A stretch of DNA of 64,000 nucleotides from a virus (taxonomy: Duplodnaviria > Caudoviricetes). Made by a program: the position numbers and the translations under genes. The stretch lies in IMG/VR virus record IMGVR_UViG_3300020469_000008, positions 96,001 to 160,000 of that record; one strand, given 5' to 3'. Under the pieces are notes generated by a model that worked only from the letters and a program-made list of their open reading frames with translations, had not been told where the DNA came from and made no database searches. Of this stretch, positions 1-8,812 are shown piece by piece; the first letter of the stretch is position 1, and each line of letters begins with the position of its first letter.

Positions 1-1
1 A

Positions 2-880
2 GCACAAGGTACGACAAAGTTTCTTCACATGGGGAATCTCGGCGCAGAATTAGAGATTAAGTTGGATAAATCGCAATCGATTTTGTCAGCTTCTAACGCT
101 AATGATTTAGTACTTGCAGGACAAACAAAAGTTGCTTTCATGGTTGAAAAGAATGACGTAGCTTCATTTAAGCAGGACGTAAGTCAGGTCATACTTTCAT
201 CATCAGAAGGTCGCCAATTAGTTCTTGAGTCTAATTCTGATAAAATTAGATTTAAAGAAGCATCTGGTAACTTAAAGCTTGACTTCGATTTAAATGTTGA
301 TGCTTCAACCGCAGCGATTGATATTGACGGTTATAGAATGCTCCAACTTGATGGTGGGGTTACTAGACACTTGACGATATCTGGTTCTCAAACAGAACTA
401 AGAGGTGGTGCTGGCGCTCATAAATTGCAATTCTTTGATGCAGCAGAAAGTCATTATGTTGAATTAAAAGCACCTGCAATAACGAGTAATGTTGAATTGA
501 TTCTTCCGGCTGCAGACGCAACCGTAAGTGGACAAGCATTGATATCTAACGCTTCTGGGCAGTTAAGCTTCGCTTCAGTCGGTGCTTCTGCAATTCAGAA
601 AGGTGTCTTTGAGATTGGTAGCGCAGGTCATGCTGCTGATACGGCTTTGGCAATAAACTCTGGACAAGTTGCTGGATCTAACGCAGTTTCCGGCTTAGTT
701 CAGTCAGACACACAAGGTTCAAAGCTTGATGTATATGTTAACGGTCAATTACTGCAATCAGGTTCTTCTGGTGCTAGAGCTGCTGATAACTGTGACTATT
801 CAATTGAGTCTGGAACTCAAATCTCTTTCTCGTTTGCTTTAGAAGGGGGCGATGTAGTTCAAGTTATTAAGCGTGGTTAA
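2..880 (+). CDS. Virion structural / tail-fibre-like protein (5'-partial; frame is open from the window edge)
   Basis: Frame open upstream of Met29; Gly/Ser/Ala-rich beta-type sequence; C-terminal DVYVNGQLL..DY..FSFAL..GDVV motif of a kind seen in phage structural proteins. Confidence 0.6.
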   Translation, partial: AQGTTKFLHMGNLGAELEIKLDKSQSILSASNANDLVLAGQTKVAFMVEKNDVASFKQDVSQVILSSSEGRQLVLESNSDKIRFKEASGNLKLDFDLNVDASTAAIDIDGYRMLQLDGGVTRHLTISGSQTELRGGAGAHKLQFFDAAESHYVELKAPAITSNVELILPAADATVSGQALISNASGQLSFASVGASAIQKGVFEIGSAGHAADTALAINSGQVAGSNAVSGLVQSDTQGSKLDVYVNGQLLQSGSSGARAADNCDYSIESGTQISFSFALEGGDVVQVIKRG

Positions 881-913
881 TTCGTTAACTAAGTAAAATA
901 ACACAATAAACTT

Positions 914-946
914 GAGAGGGATATTTACTATCCCTCTCTTTTTTTT
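914..946 (+). terminator. Rho-independent terminator
   Basis: 10-bp stem GAGAGGGATA/TATCCCTCTC, 5-nt loop, T8 tail. Confidence 0.85.
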
Positions 947-953
947 ATAATTA
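947..953 (+). promoter_or_regulatory. Candidate late promoter motif ATAATTA
   Basis: Recurrent motif, 26 bp upstream of ATG 973. Confidence 0.5.
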
Positions 954-972
954 ATTTTGATTAGGAGGATAT

Positions 973-1359
973 ATGTCGATTAAAAAATTTAAAAAAGCAA
1001 CAGAGCCTAAACTTGAAGCACAAACACTATTTCAATTAACACAAATGAAATCTTTTGTTGATGCAAGTTTAAAAAATTGTATTTCTCAAAATTTTGAAAA
1101 TGATTCACAAAAAATACAATACTTATTAGGCGTATTATATGATATTCGGGATTTTGTTTTGAGCCAAACAACCGAGAATTCTTTGAGAATTAATTTGTTA
1201 AATCAGTTTAATGAGATAGAGAACCAAACTAAGTTGGGAAACGATCCTTTAAATCTAGCGAAAGAATTGTCAAAGAAAACAGAAGAAAAATTGGAACAAA
1301 ACCCGAAGGAATTAGAAACAAACGAAGAGGAAGAAGTTGAAAGTACTACAGACAGCTAA
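973..1359 (+). CDS. Hypothetical protein
   Basis: ORF with AGGAG RBS. Confidence 0.75.
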   Translation: MSIKKFKKATEPKLEAQTLFQLTQMKSFVDASLKNCISQNFENDSQKIQYLLGVLYDIRDFVLSQTTENSLRINLLNQFNEIENQTKLGNDPLNLAKELSKKTEEKLEQNPKELETNEEEEVESTTDS

Positions 1360-1756
1360 TTTAGGAAAAGGATATTCTGGAATTTCTGGTAGCATTAGAT
1401 ACGAAATTTACGACACGCTAGGCTCCGAGATAACAAGTGCAACAAACACAGGAATATACGAACTAGGATCAAGTACAGGTCTTTATGGTGTGGAATTAAA
1501 TCTTAATAATAGATTTAGTGGGTCAATAGTTTGGTCGGTAAACGGGAACACACGTGTTTACGCAACAGAAGAAATTAAAATGGATCAGAAGATGGCACGC
1601 TTCATTCACACAGGCCGGTGGCAAATTGATGAAAACAACAATCAGATGATATTCTATGAAGACGACAATGTCACAGAAATTGCTAGATACGATCTTAAGG
1701 ATAGAAATGGAAGTGCTTCAATAACTGAGATTTTTGAAAGAACTCGAGTTAGTTAA
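1337..1756 (+). CDS. Hypothetical (probable virion) protein
   Basis: TTG start after GAGGA; coupled to neighbours. Confidence 0.7.
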   Translation: MKVLQTANLGKGYSGISGSIRYEIYDTLGSEITSATNTGIYELGSSTGLYGVELNLNNRFSGSIVWSVNGNTRVYATEEIKMDQKMARFIHTGRWQIDENNNQMIFYEDDNVTEIARYDLKDRNGSASITEIFERTRVS

Positions 1757-2139
1757 TGGCAGTCACTTCTCGCCCGGGCGGTTTGCTTGTTACAAGAGGG
1801 CTTGGAGGTGCTCCAACTCACTTGTTAGTCCGCGGATTTTTACCCACAGTAGCAGTCGCAGCTGTAGAAGCAGTTAGAGGTGCAGTAAGACGAGGACGCA
1901 AGGCAAAACAACAATTAGAGGAATTTCTTGAAGAACTTAAAGTAACTGTAGCTTTAGTTGCAATTAATGGAAAAGATCTTGTCAAACCGATAATTAATAC
2001 AGTTAGGTCAACTTATAAAGATGAACCTACACCTGAAATCCAGGTGACACCTACAAAGCTGGCTGTAAGACAACCAGAAATTAAGGTGAAAGTAACACAC
2101 GTGAGGAACAAAGATGTCGACAATCGAATTGATGATTGA
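1756..2139 (+). CDS. Hypothetical protein
   Basis: TAATG overlap with previous ORF. Confidence 0.7.
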   Translation: MAVTSRPGGLLVTRGLGGAPTHLLVRGFLPTVAVAAVEAVRGAVRRGRKAKQQLEEFLEELKVTVALVAINGKDLVKPIINTVRSTYKDEPTPEIQVTPTKLAVRQPEIKVKVTHVRNKDVDNRIDD

Positions 2140-2602
2140 TGAAGAAAACGAGTTAACCTTTCAAGTACAAGTTGAAGGTACACGACCAGGAACAGCAAAA
2201 TGCAGATTGATGTTAGAATCAAAAAACATGATGTTAGCTTTTGAAGGACAAAGCACGGGGGATGAAGTTGCTGTTACTTTACCTCCATTAGATCACATTA
2301 TAAAGGAGGGAATCTACGATATGACTTTAGAAGTCGTCGTAGATGATCGATTTTTTGAACCTCTTAAATTGCAAGGTGCATTTGAAAAGAGACTTAAGGT
2401 GACTGCAGAAGCAGTGACAGTTAGATCAAAACCAAAAGTTAAAACATCAGCTTCTCTCGTAGAGGTTAATAGCAAAAATAAAACAGGAAGAGTCAGAGTA
2501 AATAATAGAAAAAGAGAAAGGGTCATTAAAGAAACTAAAGAAAAGTTAACAGACCAGGACATTAGGAATATAATTAAAAAGCTTGCAAAGGGAAGTAAAT
2601 GA
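2114..2602 (+). CDS. Hypothetical protein
   Basis: ORF with GAGGA RBS in operon. Confidence 0.75.
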   Translation: MSTIELMIDEENELTFQVQVEGTRPGTAKCRLMLESKNMMLAFEGQSTGDEVAVTLPPLDHIIKEGIYDMTLEVVVDDRFFEPLKLQGAFEKRLKVTAEAVTVRSKPKVKTSASLVEVNSKNKTGRVRVNNRKRERVIKETKEKLTDQDIRNIIKKLAKGSK

Positions 2603-2826
2603 AATTATTAATTGTCTATTTTATTATCGGTTTTTTCTTAGCTTATTTACATAATCATCAATTATCTACAGTGAAAATGATTCCATCAAAAGTTGACTTA
2701 AAAATGAGAAATAAAATCAAAAAGAAGCAGAAACAACTTGAACTCTACATTAAAATGTGTCCAGTATGGCCGCTGTTACTTATAAAAGAATTATATGATG
2801 AAATACAAGAGAGAAGACAGGGTTAA
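2599..2826 (+). CDS. Small membrane protein
   Basis: N-terminal hydrophobic helix; ATGA overlap. Confidence 0.6.
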   Translation: MKLLIVYFIIGFFLAYLHNHQLSTVKMIPSKVDLKMRNKIKKKQKQLELYIKMCPVWPLLLIKELYDEIQERRQG

Positions 2827-3538
2827 GATACTTGAATACAAATTTATTTTTGAAGAAGAATTGCAAGTTAAAAATGAATATGAAGAAGGTAATGCAGATT
2901 TAAATTATCGACTTTCCTTTTTTAGAAAAAAATTACATGATCAAAAAGTGCCCCAAGAAGAAAAAGATCGCTATGATAAAACTTTTATGGGGAATGTAAG
3001 TAGTAATGATCCTCACATCACTGATATAACAACACCAGATACACCAGGATTGACGCAGAGTGCAAACAAAGCAAGTAATGATATAAAACCTTGGGCAAAA
3101 AAACTTTATCGTCAGATCGTAATGGTGACACACCCAGATAAAACTTTGGAAATACCATCAGAGCATTTAAGACAACAACTTACAAATCAATACAGGATTA
3201 CTCAGAATGCTTATAGTGAAGAATTATATAGTGATTTGCTGATGGTGGGTTTTGACTTGAATTTGTCATTGCCAGATAATGTCGTCGACGAAGAAATAAC
3301 ACCCACTAGTAACTTTAAAAAAGAAAATATTTCTAAAATAAAATCACTCATTGCTTGGCAGTGGTATCATGTACCACCTGAACAAAAAGACGCAGAGCTT
3401 AAAAAAATACTTGCGCATATGGGCTTTGAATTTAAAGACAGCGATGTCAAAAACGTTGTAAAAAGGCGATATGTCAAAAGAAAAACAGGAACCAGACCCC
3501 ATAATTTGAGACGTAATAGACGTAATTCTTTAAAATAG
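2795..3538 (+). CDS. J-domain (DnaJ-like) protein
   Basis: KKLYRQIVMVTHPDK with HPD motif. Confidence 0.7.
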   Translation: MMKYKREDRVKILEYKFIFEEELQVKNEYEEGNADLNYRLSFFRKKLHDQKVPQEEKDRYDKTFMGNVSSNDPHITDITTPDTPGLTQSANKASNDIKPWAKKLYRQIVMVTHPDKTLEIPSEHLRQQLTNQYRITQNAYSEELYSDLLMVGFDLNLSLPDNVVDEEITPTSNFKKENISKIKSLIAWQWYHVPPEQKDAELKKILAHMGFEFKDSDVKNVVKRRYVKRKTGTRPHNLRRNRRNSLK

Positions 3539-3546
3539 TTAAAATT

Positions 3547-4458
3547 TTAAGCAGTTGCAGCATCAGCTGCTGCTGAAAATAACATTCCAGCCACATTTGA
3601 TGAACCTGGGAATATTAAATCAAAACCAGCTTTAGCAAAATCATTTGCAGCTTGTTTCGCAGCAGACTTGCCTTCTTTTACGTCCCCAGCTGTCTTTTGA
3701 ATATATTCTAACATTTCTGTATATAACTTTTCTGGAGCGTTTTCTAATTCTTTCTTTTGTCTTTTAAATTCTTTTTTAATTTCATCGAAAAAATTAGAGC
3801 TAATTACACCATCTGTTAATAGATCCAAAGCAACGCCTTCTTGTTTCATTGAGACTTTATTATCTTTGACTTCTATAAGCTCAGCAGCTAAATGCTGAAT
3901 CATTTCCTTTTCACCGTAATTCTTGATACCTAAATTAGCAGTTACTTCGGCAAACCCATCTTTACTATCAAAGTCTGAATCAGTTAAATCCATACCATAC
4001 TGTTTTACTCTTTTAGCTCTGTCACTATTTAGGTCGTCATACATCTTGCGCAAATTTCTTAATGCCCCTTCGACAGTACTTAAATTGTCAATTGTATTAA
4101 TTAATATTGCCGGTACTATTGAGTAAGCTGCAATAACAGCCGCGCCTAAACCAAAGGCACTCGCTCCGGCCGCTAAGCTTTCTCCAGACAAAAAACCGAT
4201 CTTTGATAATGCTCCACCGTATTTTGCAAGATAATCATCAAAATTACTAGTTGTAACTTTTTTAACTACGTCGTCCAGCACACTTAATGAGTTATTGAAA
4301 TCTGAGAGTATACTTTGGTCTGTAATTATGTCCTTCGCTACAAAATTAGCAAACTCACCTGATACTGACTTAAGCTCGTTAAGCATTTGGCTATTTCTTT
4401 TATTAGCAAATAGAAACTCTAGAATTATTGTATTGAGTTGTCTTTTTGAAATTTTCAT
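3547..4458 (-). CDS. MKIT-leader family protein (start trimmed to MKISKRQLNTIILE)
   Basis: Shared N-terminal leader; GGAG RBS on minus strand. Confidence 0.75.
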   Translation of the reverse strand: MKISKRQLNTIILEFLFANKRNSQMLNELKSVSGEFANFVAKDIITDQSILSDFNNSLSVLDDVVKKVTTSNFDDYLAKYGGALSKIGFLSGESLAAGASAFGLGAAVIAAYSIVPAILINTIDNLSTVEGALRNLRKMYDDLNSDRAKRVKQYGMDLTDSDFDSKDGFAEVTANLGIKNYGEKEMIQHLAAELIEVKDNKVSMKQEGVALDLLTDGVISSNFFDEIKKEFKRQKKELENAPEKLYTEMLEYIQKTAGDVKEGKSAAKQAANDFAKAGFDLIFPGSSNVAGMLFSAAADAATA

Positions 4459-4514
4459 GTAAAACTCCGCCTTATTCGTTAATATTAATATATATCTTTT
4501 TAATTGGAAAATAA

Positions 4515-4928
4515 ATGTTAATTTCACCTTTTGGATTACTCCAAGAACAACTAAATAAAGATCCTTGGAAGATCTTTGTTTGTTGTATATTCTGCAACCT
4601 TACAAAAAGAAGAGCGTCAGAACCCTATTTTTGGAAGTTTCTACAGAAATGGCCAACGCCGCTAGCTGCTTCTGATCTAAATGAAAACGAGTTGAAAGAA
4701 TTAATTCAACCTTTAGGCTTAGTTGATAGGCGAACAAAGGCTTTAAAAAAGATGTCATCTGATTATTTAAAAAAAGACTGGGAAGACGATGCCACTAAAT
4801 TATATGGTATTGGTAAATATGGCTCAGATGCGTATAGAATATTCGTAAAAGAAGAATGGCGCGAAGTCATTCCTACTGATAGTGCACTTAAAAATTATAA
4901 ATCTTGGCTGGAGGAAATAAATGCCTGA
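4515..4928 (+). CDS. MBD4-like HhH-GPD DNA glycosylase (G:T/G:U mismatch)
   Basis: SPFGLLQEQL..DPWK, LGL..R, LYGIGKYGSDAYRIF, P-x-D motifs closely follow the MBD4 glycosylase domain. Confidence 0.85.
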   Translation: MLISPFGLLQEQLNKDPWKIFVCCIFCNLTKRRASEPYFWKFLQKWPTPLAASDLNENELKELIQPLGLVDRRTKALKKMSSDYLKKDWEDDATKLYGIGKYGSDAYRIFVKEEWREVIPTDSALKNYKSWLEEINA

Positions 4929-5727
4929 AGGACCCGAAGTAAAAACAACTGTTGATTTTTTAAAATCATATGAAGGAAATATTCTCACAAAACTAACAGT
5001 TTTGTCTGGAAGATACACCAAAAAGCCTATTGTCAACATTAACAACCCATCTTGGAGACTCCCTTTAAATTTAGAATCTGTAGACTGTAAAGGTAAGTTT
5101 ATATACTTTTGTTTGCAAGAAAATGTTTACTTTTTTAACACGTTAGGTATGACTGGTATGTGGTCAAATAGTGCATCGAATCATGCTCGAATCAAATTAG
5201 ATTTTGACGGTGAAGCAGCACCATTATATTATAATGATGTTAGAAATTTCGGTACTTTTAAAATCGCTTTGCTTAAAAAAGACTTAGACAAAAAGTTAAA
5301 ATCAATTGGACCTGACTTTCTTAAAGACGGCTGGGGCCCAAATTATTTTTATAGAATTCTTAAAAAGAATTCTCATAAAACAATAACAGAATTTTTAATG
5401 AATCAAAAAAATGTAAGTGGGATAGGCAACTACTTGAAAGCTGAATGTTTATATGAAGCAAAAATATCACCACATCGTTTTTGTGCCCATATAACATCAG
5501 AAGAGTCTGACAGGTTATTCCACGCTTGCAGGCGCATCATACAATTATCTTATAAAACGGGCGGCGCAACGATTCAGAACTATCGTAAGCCAAACGGAAA
5601 AAAAGGTTTGTACAGTCAGCGCTTTGCTGTGTATAATCAAAAAACTGCACCTTGTGGTAATAAAATTATTAAAGAAAAAACTCTTGATAAAAGGACCACA
5701 CATTGGGTGCCAGCCATTCAAAAGTAA
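4921..5727 (+). CDS. Fpg/Nei family DNA glycosylase/AP lyase
   Basis: N-terminal MPEGPE, GKF, LGMTG, H2TH motif SGIGNY; zinc-finger cysteines mostly absent. Confidence 0.9.
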   Translation: MPEGPEVKTTVDFLKSYEGNILTKLTVLSGRYTKKPIVNINNPSWRLPLNLESVDCKGKFIYFCLQENVYFFNTLGMTGMWSNSASNHARIKLDFDGEAAPLYYNDVRNFGTFKIALLKKDLDKKLKSIGPDFLKDGWGPNYFYRILKKNSHKTITEFLMNQKNVSGIGNYLKAECLYEAKISPHRFCAHITSEESDRLFHACRRIIQLSYKTGGATIQNYRKPNGKKGLYSQRFAVYNQKTAPCGNKIIKEKTLDKRTTHWVPAIQK

Positions 5728-5736
5728 GGAGATATT

Positions 5737-5964
5737 ATGAATGAAAATGTAAAACTGAATGATAGCGTAATCGCACACTTTGTTAAACTTTTACAGTTAG
5801 GATTATTAACAGGTACAGATATTGTTGACCATTTTAGAATGGTTAGACTCACTGTAGAAGAGGATGAATTATTTCTCAACAAAGAATACGAAGAAAATCA
5901 AGAAGAAAACATCAACAAGATGCTCCAGCAAGTAACAGAGAATTCAGAAACACAGGAACAGTAA
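5737..5964 (+). CDS. Hypothetical protein
   Basis: AAGGAG RBS, operon position. Confidence 0.7.
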   Translation: MNENVKLNDSVIAHFVKLLQLGLLTGTDIVDHFRMVRLTVEEDELFLNKEYEENQEENINKMLQQVTENSETQEQ

Positions 5965-6344
5965 TGAAAGAATGTAAACTTGAAGAAATGTTTAAATTAA
6001 GACTGTCTTTTATGAAAACTATGAAAGAGGTTATTCCAGGGTCATATCCAGATTTTCCTGTTGACATCTCAGAAAAAGCATCTCAGCAAGTTTGTCGTGA
6101 TTTAGCACTTAAAGGTGTTGAAGAAATGTTTGAAGCATTACAACATTTAAAAAACTGGAAACCACATCGTGTTACAAACATTGAGCATACACTTGATAGA
6201 GAAGAGTTCTTAGAAGAGATTGTCGATGCACTAAACTATTTCTTTGCGATGTTAATAGTAACTGGGTTTGATGAAAAAGAATTGTTTACTGCATATTTAA
6301 AAAAGGATGAGAAAATAAGACAACGTCTTACTAATGGTTACTGA
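5964..6344 (+). CDS. All-alpha NTP pyrophosphatase (dimeric dUTPase/dCTPase, MazG-like)
   Basis: EEMFE..NWKPH...EEIVDALNYF acidic motifs and C-terminal R..NGY. Confidence 0.75.
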   Translation: MKECKLEEMFKLRLSFMKTMKEVIPGSYPDFPVDISEKASQQVCRDLALKGVEEMFEALQHLKNWKPHRVTNIEHTLDREEFLEEIVDALNYFFAMLIVTGFDEKELFTAYLKKDEKIRQRLTNGY

Positions 6345-6603
6345 GGTGGTAGTGGAATCAAACGTGACATTTAATGGTAAAAAAACAGATTTGTCCTTTG
6401 AGGAAATCAAAGTAAAGGTCGATCTGTATGGTTCTTTTTCAGGATCAATTAATGCAGGAAATACAATGTTTTTATTTAACAATGTAAAGTCTGAAGATTT
6501 TCAGTATTATGTAGATACCTTTAAAAAACATTTAAACCAACAAACCGAAGCTGAGGTGACCTTTGACATTCAAACAAATGCTATTGAAACAATTACAATA
6601 TAA
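6334..6603 (+). CDS. Hypothetical protein
   Basis: Fills the gap between two genes; overlaps both. Confidence 0.45.
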   Translation: MVTEVVVESNVTFNGKKTDLSFEEIKVKVDLYGSFSGSINAGNTMFLFNNVKSEDFQYYVDTFKKHLNQQTEAEVTFDIQTNAIETITI

Positions 6604-7507
6604 CAAAAAAATTGTTGGCCCCGGTGATCAATTATCACAAGAATTAAAAGAGAAGATAACACAAGATAATGTACTATGTGCACACGCAGAACTAAGTGCG
6701 TTAGTAAATGCAACTAACTATAAAAACCACCATCAACATTCAGAACCCCTAGCTAATAGAAGAACTGTTTTGTATGAGACGGTTGATGTTATTAGATATA
6801 TGATGGCAACACTGAATACATGGGAGATAACATCCTCAGAGTTTGAAAGGGCTTTTGAGAAAAAGGATGTTTATCTTAATAAGCATTACGAGCTGCAGCA
6901 GAAAAAATGGACCGGACAACCTGTTGCAATTGTTGATATTGATGATGTTCTAGCTAATTTTCGAGTTGGTTTCTCTGATTGGCTGTATGAAAAATTTGGT
7001 GTAAGGGCAGATGTAGATTCTAAAGAATATTACTTTATCACAGCACTTTCAAAAATTAACCTTAACTCTGAATCTGTATTTAAGATGTTTCTTGACGACG
7101 AAGGATTTGCAAACTTAACTATAGACACTGACAATTTAGAAATTCTGTGGCAATTAAAGAATAGAGGATACTGGATTCATCTTCTAACAGCACGACCAGA
7201 AGAAGAACTCCAATGTTTGTATGACACGTATTTTTGGATCTGGCAACAAAATATTCCGTGTGATGCAATAAGCTTTTCACCTGAAAAGTTTAGATGGTGT
7301 GCTAAATCAAAATACTATGATGCAGGTGCAATTAAATTCGCAATTGATGATGCACCAAAACATGCTGAAGATTACGCAAAACACGGAATTAAATGTTTGG
7401 TACCTAATAAATCATATAACGAGCATTTAAGCCATCAAGATATCTTTCATTTTAATACTTATAGTCAAGCTATTTCCATTTTAAAGAGTGAAAATTTATT
7501 AAGGTGA
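6563..7507 (+). CDS. Fusion: MazG-like NTP pyrophosphatase domain + HAD 5'(3')-deoxyribonucleotidase
   Basis: N-term HAELSAL..YETVDVIRY; C-term HAD motifs DIDDVLANF, LTARP, IDDAPKH; TTG start after GAGGTG. Confidence 0.75.
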   Translation: MTFKQMLLKQLQYNKKIVGPGDQLSQELKEKITQDNVLCAHAELSALVNATNYKNHHQHSEPLANRRTVLYETVDVIRYMMATLNTWEITSSEFERAFEKKDVYLNKHYELQQKKWTGQPVAIVDIDDVLANFRVGFSDWLYEKFGVRADVDSKEYYFITALSKINLNSESVFKMFLDDEGFANLTIDTDNLEILWQLKNRGYWIHLLTARPEEELQCLYDTYFWIWQQNIPCDAISFSPEKFRWCAKSKYYDAGAIKFAIDDAPKHAEDYAKHGIKCLVPNKSYNEHLSHQDIFHFNTYSQAISILKSENLLR

Positions 7508-7510
7508 AGA

Positions 7511-8413
7511 ATGAGATTATCGAAAAGCCAGTTAAGTCTAATTATTGAAAACTATTTATTAGAAAGCGTTAATACAGAATCTATACGTTCTGAATTTGAA
7601 AAAGCAAGAGATCAACTTAAACAAGAATTTTTAAATTCAGATAAATTTGATAAAGTTGTAAGGGCTAGTGTTGGTAAAGGTTTAGACATGACGCATCTTT
7701 ATGTAGTTCCAAAAGATGATCCAATCAATAAGAATCCTGAGTTTTCTGCTTATGAAGGTTATGCACTTCACGTAAAATTTGTAAGGGGTGAAGAAAGACC
7801 TAAAAAAGAATATTTTGATACGGACATAATAAAAGACAAAGAATTGGAAAGCAAGTTTAGTTCAAAGCCTATTGTAAATCCAATTGTTGTTATATTTGAA
7901 AAAAATATAAAATCAAAAATTAGCCTTAAGCGCTTATTACTTCATGAGCTCGGTCACGTAAAAAACAATTTTTTAAAGTTTTATGCCGGAATAGATTTGA
8001 ATGTTAATGAGGTTCGAGCGGTACTTCGAAAAGATTTTCAAGGAAAGTCTATCGGTAAAATTGTAAATATACTTAGATCTGAAAAGCGCTTAGGTAGAAT
8101 TAACCCACCAGGTTTTTTAAGGCTAGTAGAACGACTTAAAAAATATTATGATGGCGTTTTTGCAGATCCAGCAGATGAATTATCAGTTGACGAGTTTGCT
8201 GTTAGAATATCGGCTTTGCAAAGAGACATTGTTGCGCAAGCTTCAGTTTCACCCCGTGCTGAAGAAGTTATGTCATTTACAAAAATGGAACGTAAATATG
8301 GGATAGACGCAGCCGGCTTAGCACTATTTTTGGAAAAAAATGTTACATTTGAAAAGATACAAGCAGTGGCACAAAACATTAAAAAAAGTAACACAAAAAG
8401 TGCAACAGGGTAA
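7511..8413 (+). CDS. Leader-family protein with zinc metallopeptidase motif
   Basis: MRLSKSQLSLIIE leader; HELGH motif and downstream DEFAVR. Confidence 0.7.
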   Translation: MRLSKSQLSLIIENYLLESVNTESIRSEFEKARDQLKQEFLNSDKFDKVVRASVGKGLDMTHLYVVPKDDPINKNPEFSAYEGYALHVKFVRGEERPKKEYFDTDIIKDKELESKFSSKPIVNPIVVIFEKNIKSKISLKRLLLHELGHVKNNFLKFYAGIDLNVNEVRAVLRKDFQGKSIGKIVNILRSEKRLGRINPPGFLRLVERLKKYYDGVFADPADELSVDEFAVRISALQRDIVAQASVSPRAEEVMSFTKMERKYGIDAAGLALFLEKNVTFEKIQAVAQNIKKSNTKSATG

Positions 8414-8428
8414 AATATTGTGTATAAT
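8400..8428 (+). promoter_or_regulatory. Sigma70-like early promoter
   Basis: GTGCAA-17 bp-TATAAT with extended TG. Confidence 0.6.
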
Positions 8429-8473
8429 AATAATGTGGATAACACAACAAACTAAAACTAATCAGGAGAAAAA

Positions 8474-8707
8474 ATGTTACTATTAATTTTAAATTTGTCA
8501 ATCGCTTCAGCACAAGAAACAGATAAAAATGTTCGCTACAACAAAAGAACAGAAATTGATTTTGAAGGCTTAGATATTACAGGTGAAATGATAAAGCCGA
8601 CAGGTGCTCTAGTTCAGTCTAGACAAACTGCTAAGTTTAATCCGTTGATCAAGATTAGAACAGACTTTAACCTAGAAATGGCACAGTCTATAAACAACGT
8701 TAAATAA
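8474..8707 (+). CDS. CglF/GltF-like secreted gliding-motility protein homologue
   Basis: Signal peptide ending ASA-Q; NVRY.K.T.IDFE...I.G...KP.G..V..R....LI.IR.DF...QS pattern as recalled for myxobacterial CglF. Confidence 0.7.
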   Translation: MLLLILNLSIASAQETDKNVRYNKRTEIDFEGLDITGEMIKPTGALVQSRQTAKFNPLIKIRTDFNLEMAQSINNVK

Positions 8708-8730
8708 TTAGTTCTTTTCAAACAGCAAAT

Positions 8731-8757
8731 GGCAGCATAAAAAATGCTGCCTTTTTT
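8731..8757 (+). terminator. Rho-independent terminator
   Basis: GGCAGCAT/ATGCTGCC stem, 5-nt loop, T6. Confidence 0.85.
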
Positions 8758-8784
8758 GTATATTTTGTTAAATTTTGATATTAT
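8756..8784 (+). promoter_or_regulatory. Sigma70-like early promoter
   Basis: TTGTAT-17 bp-TATTAT upstream of thyX-like gene. Confidence 0.5.
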
Positions 8785-8812
8785 AAAAAGCAATTAAAAA
8801 AAAGGAGATTCT

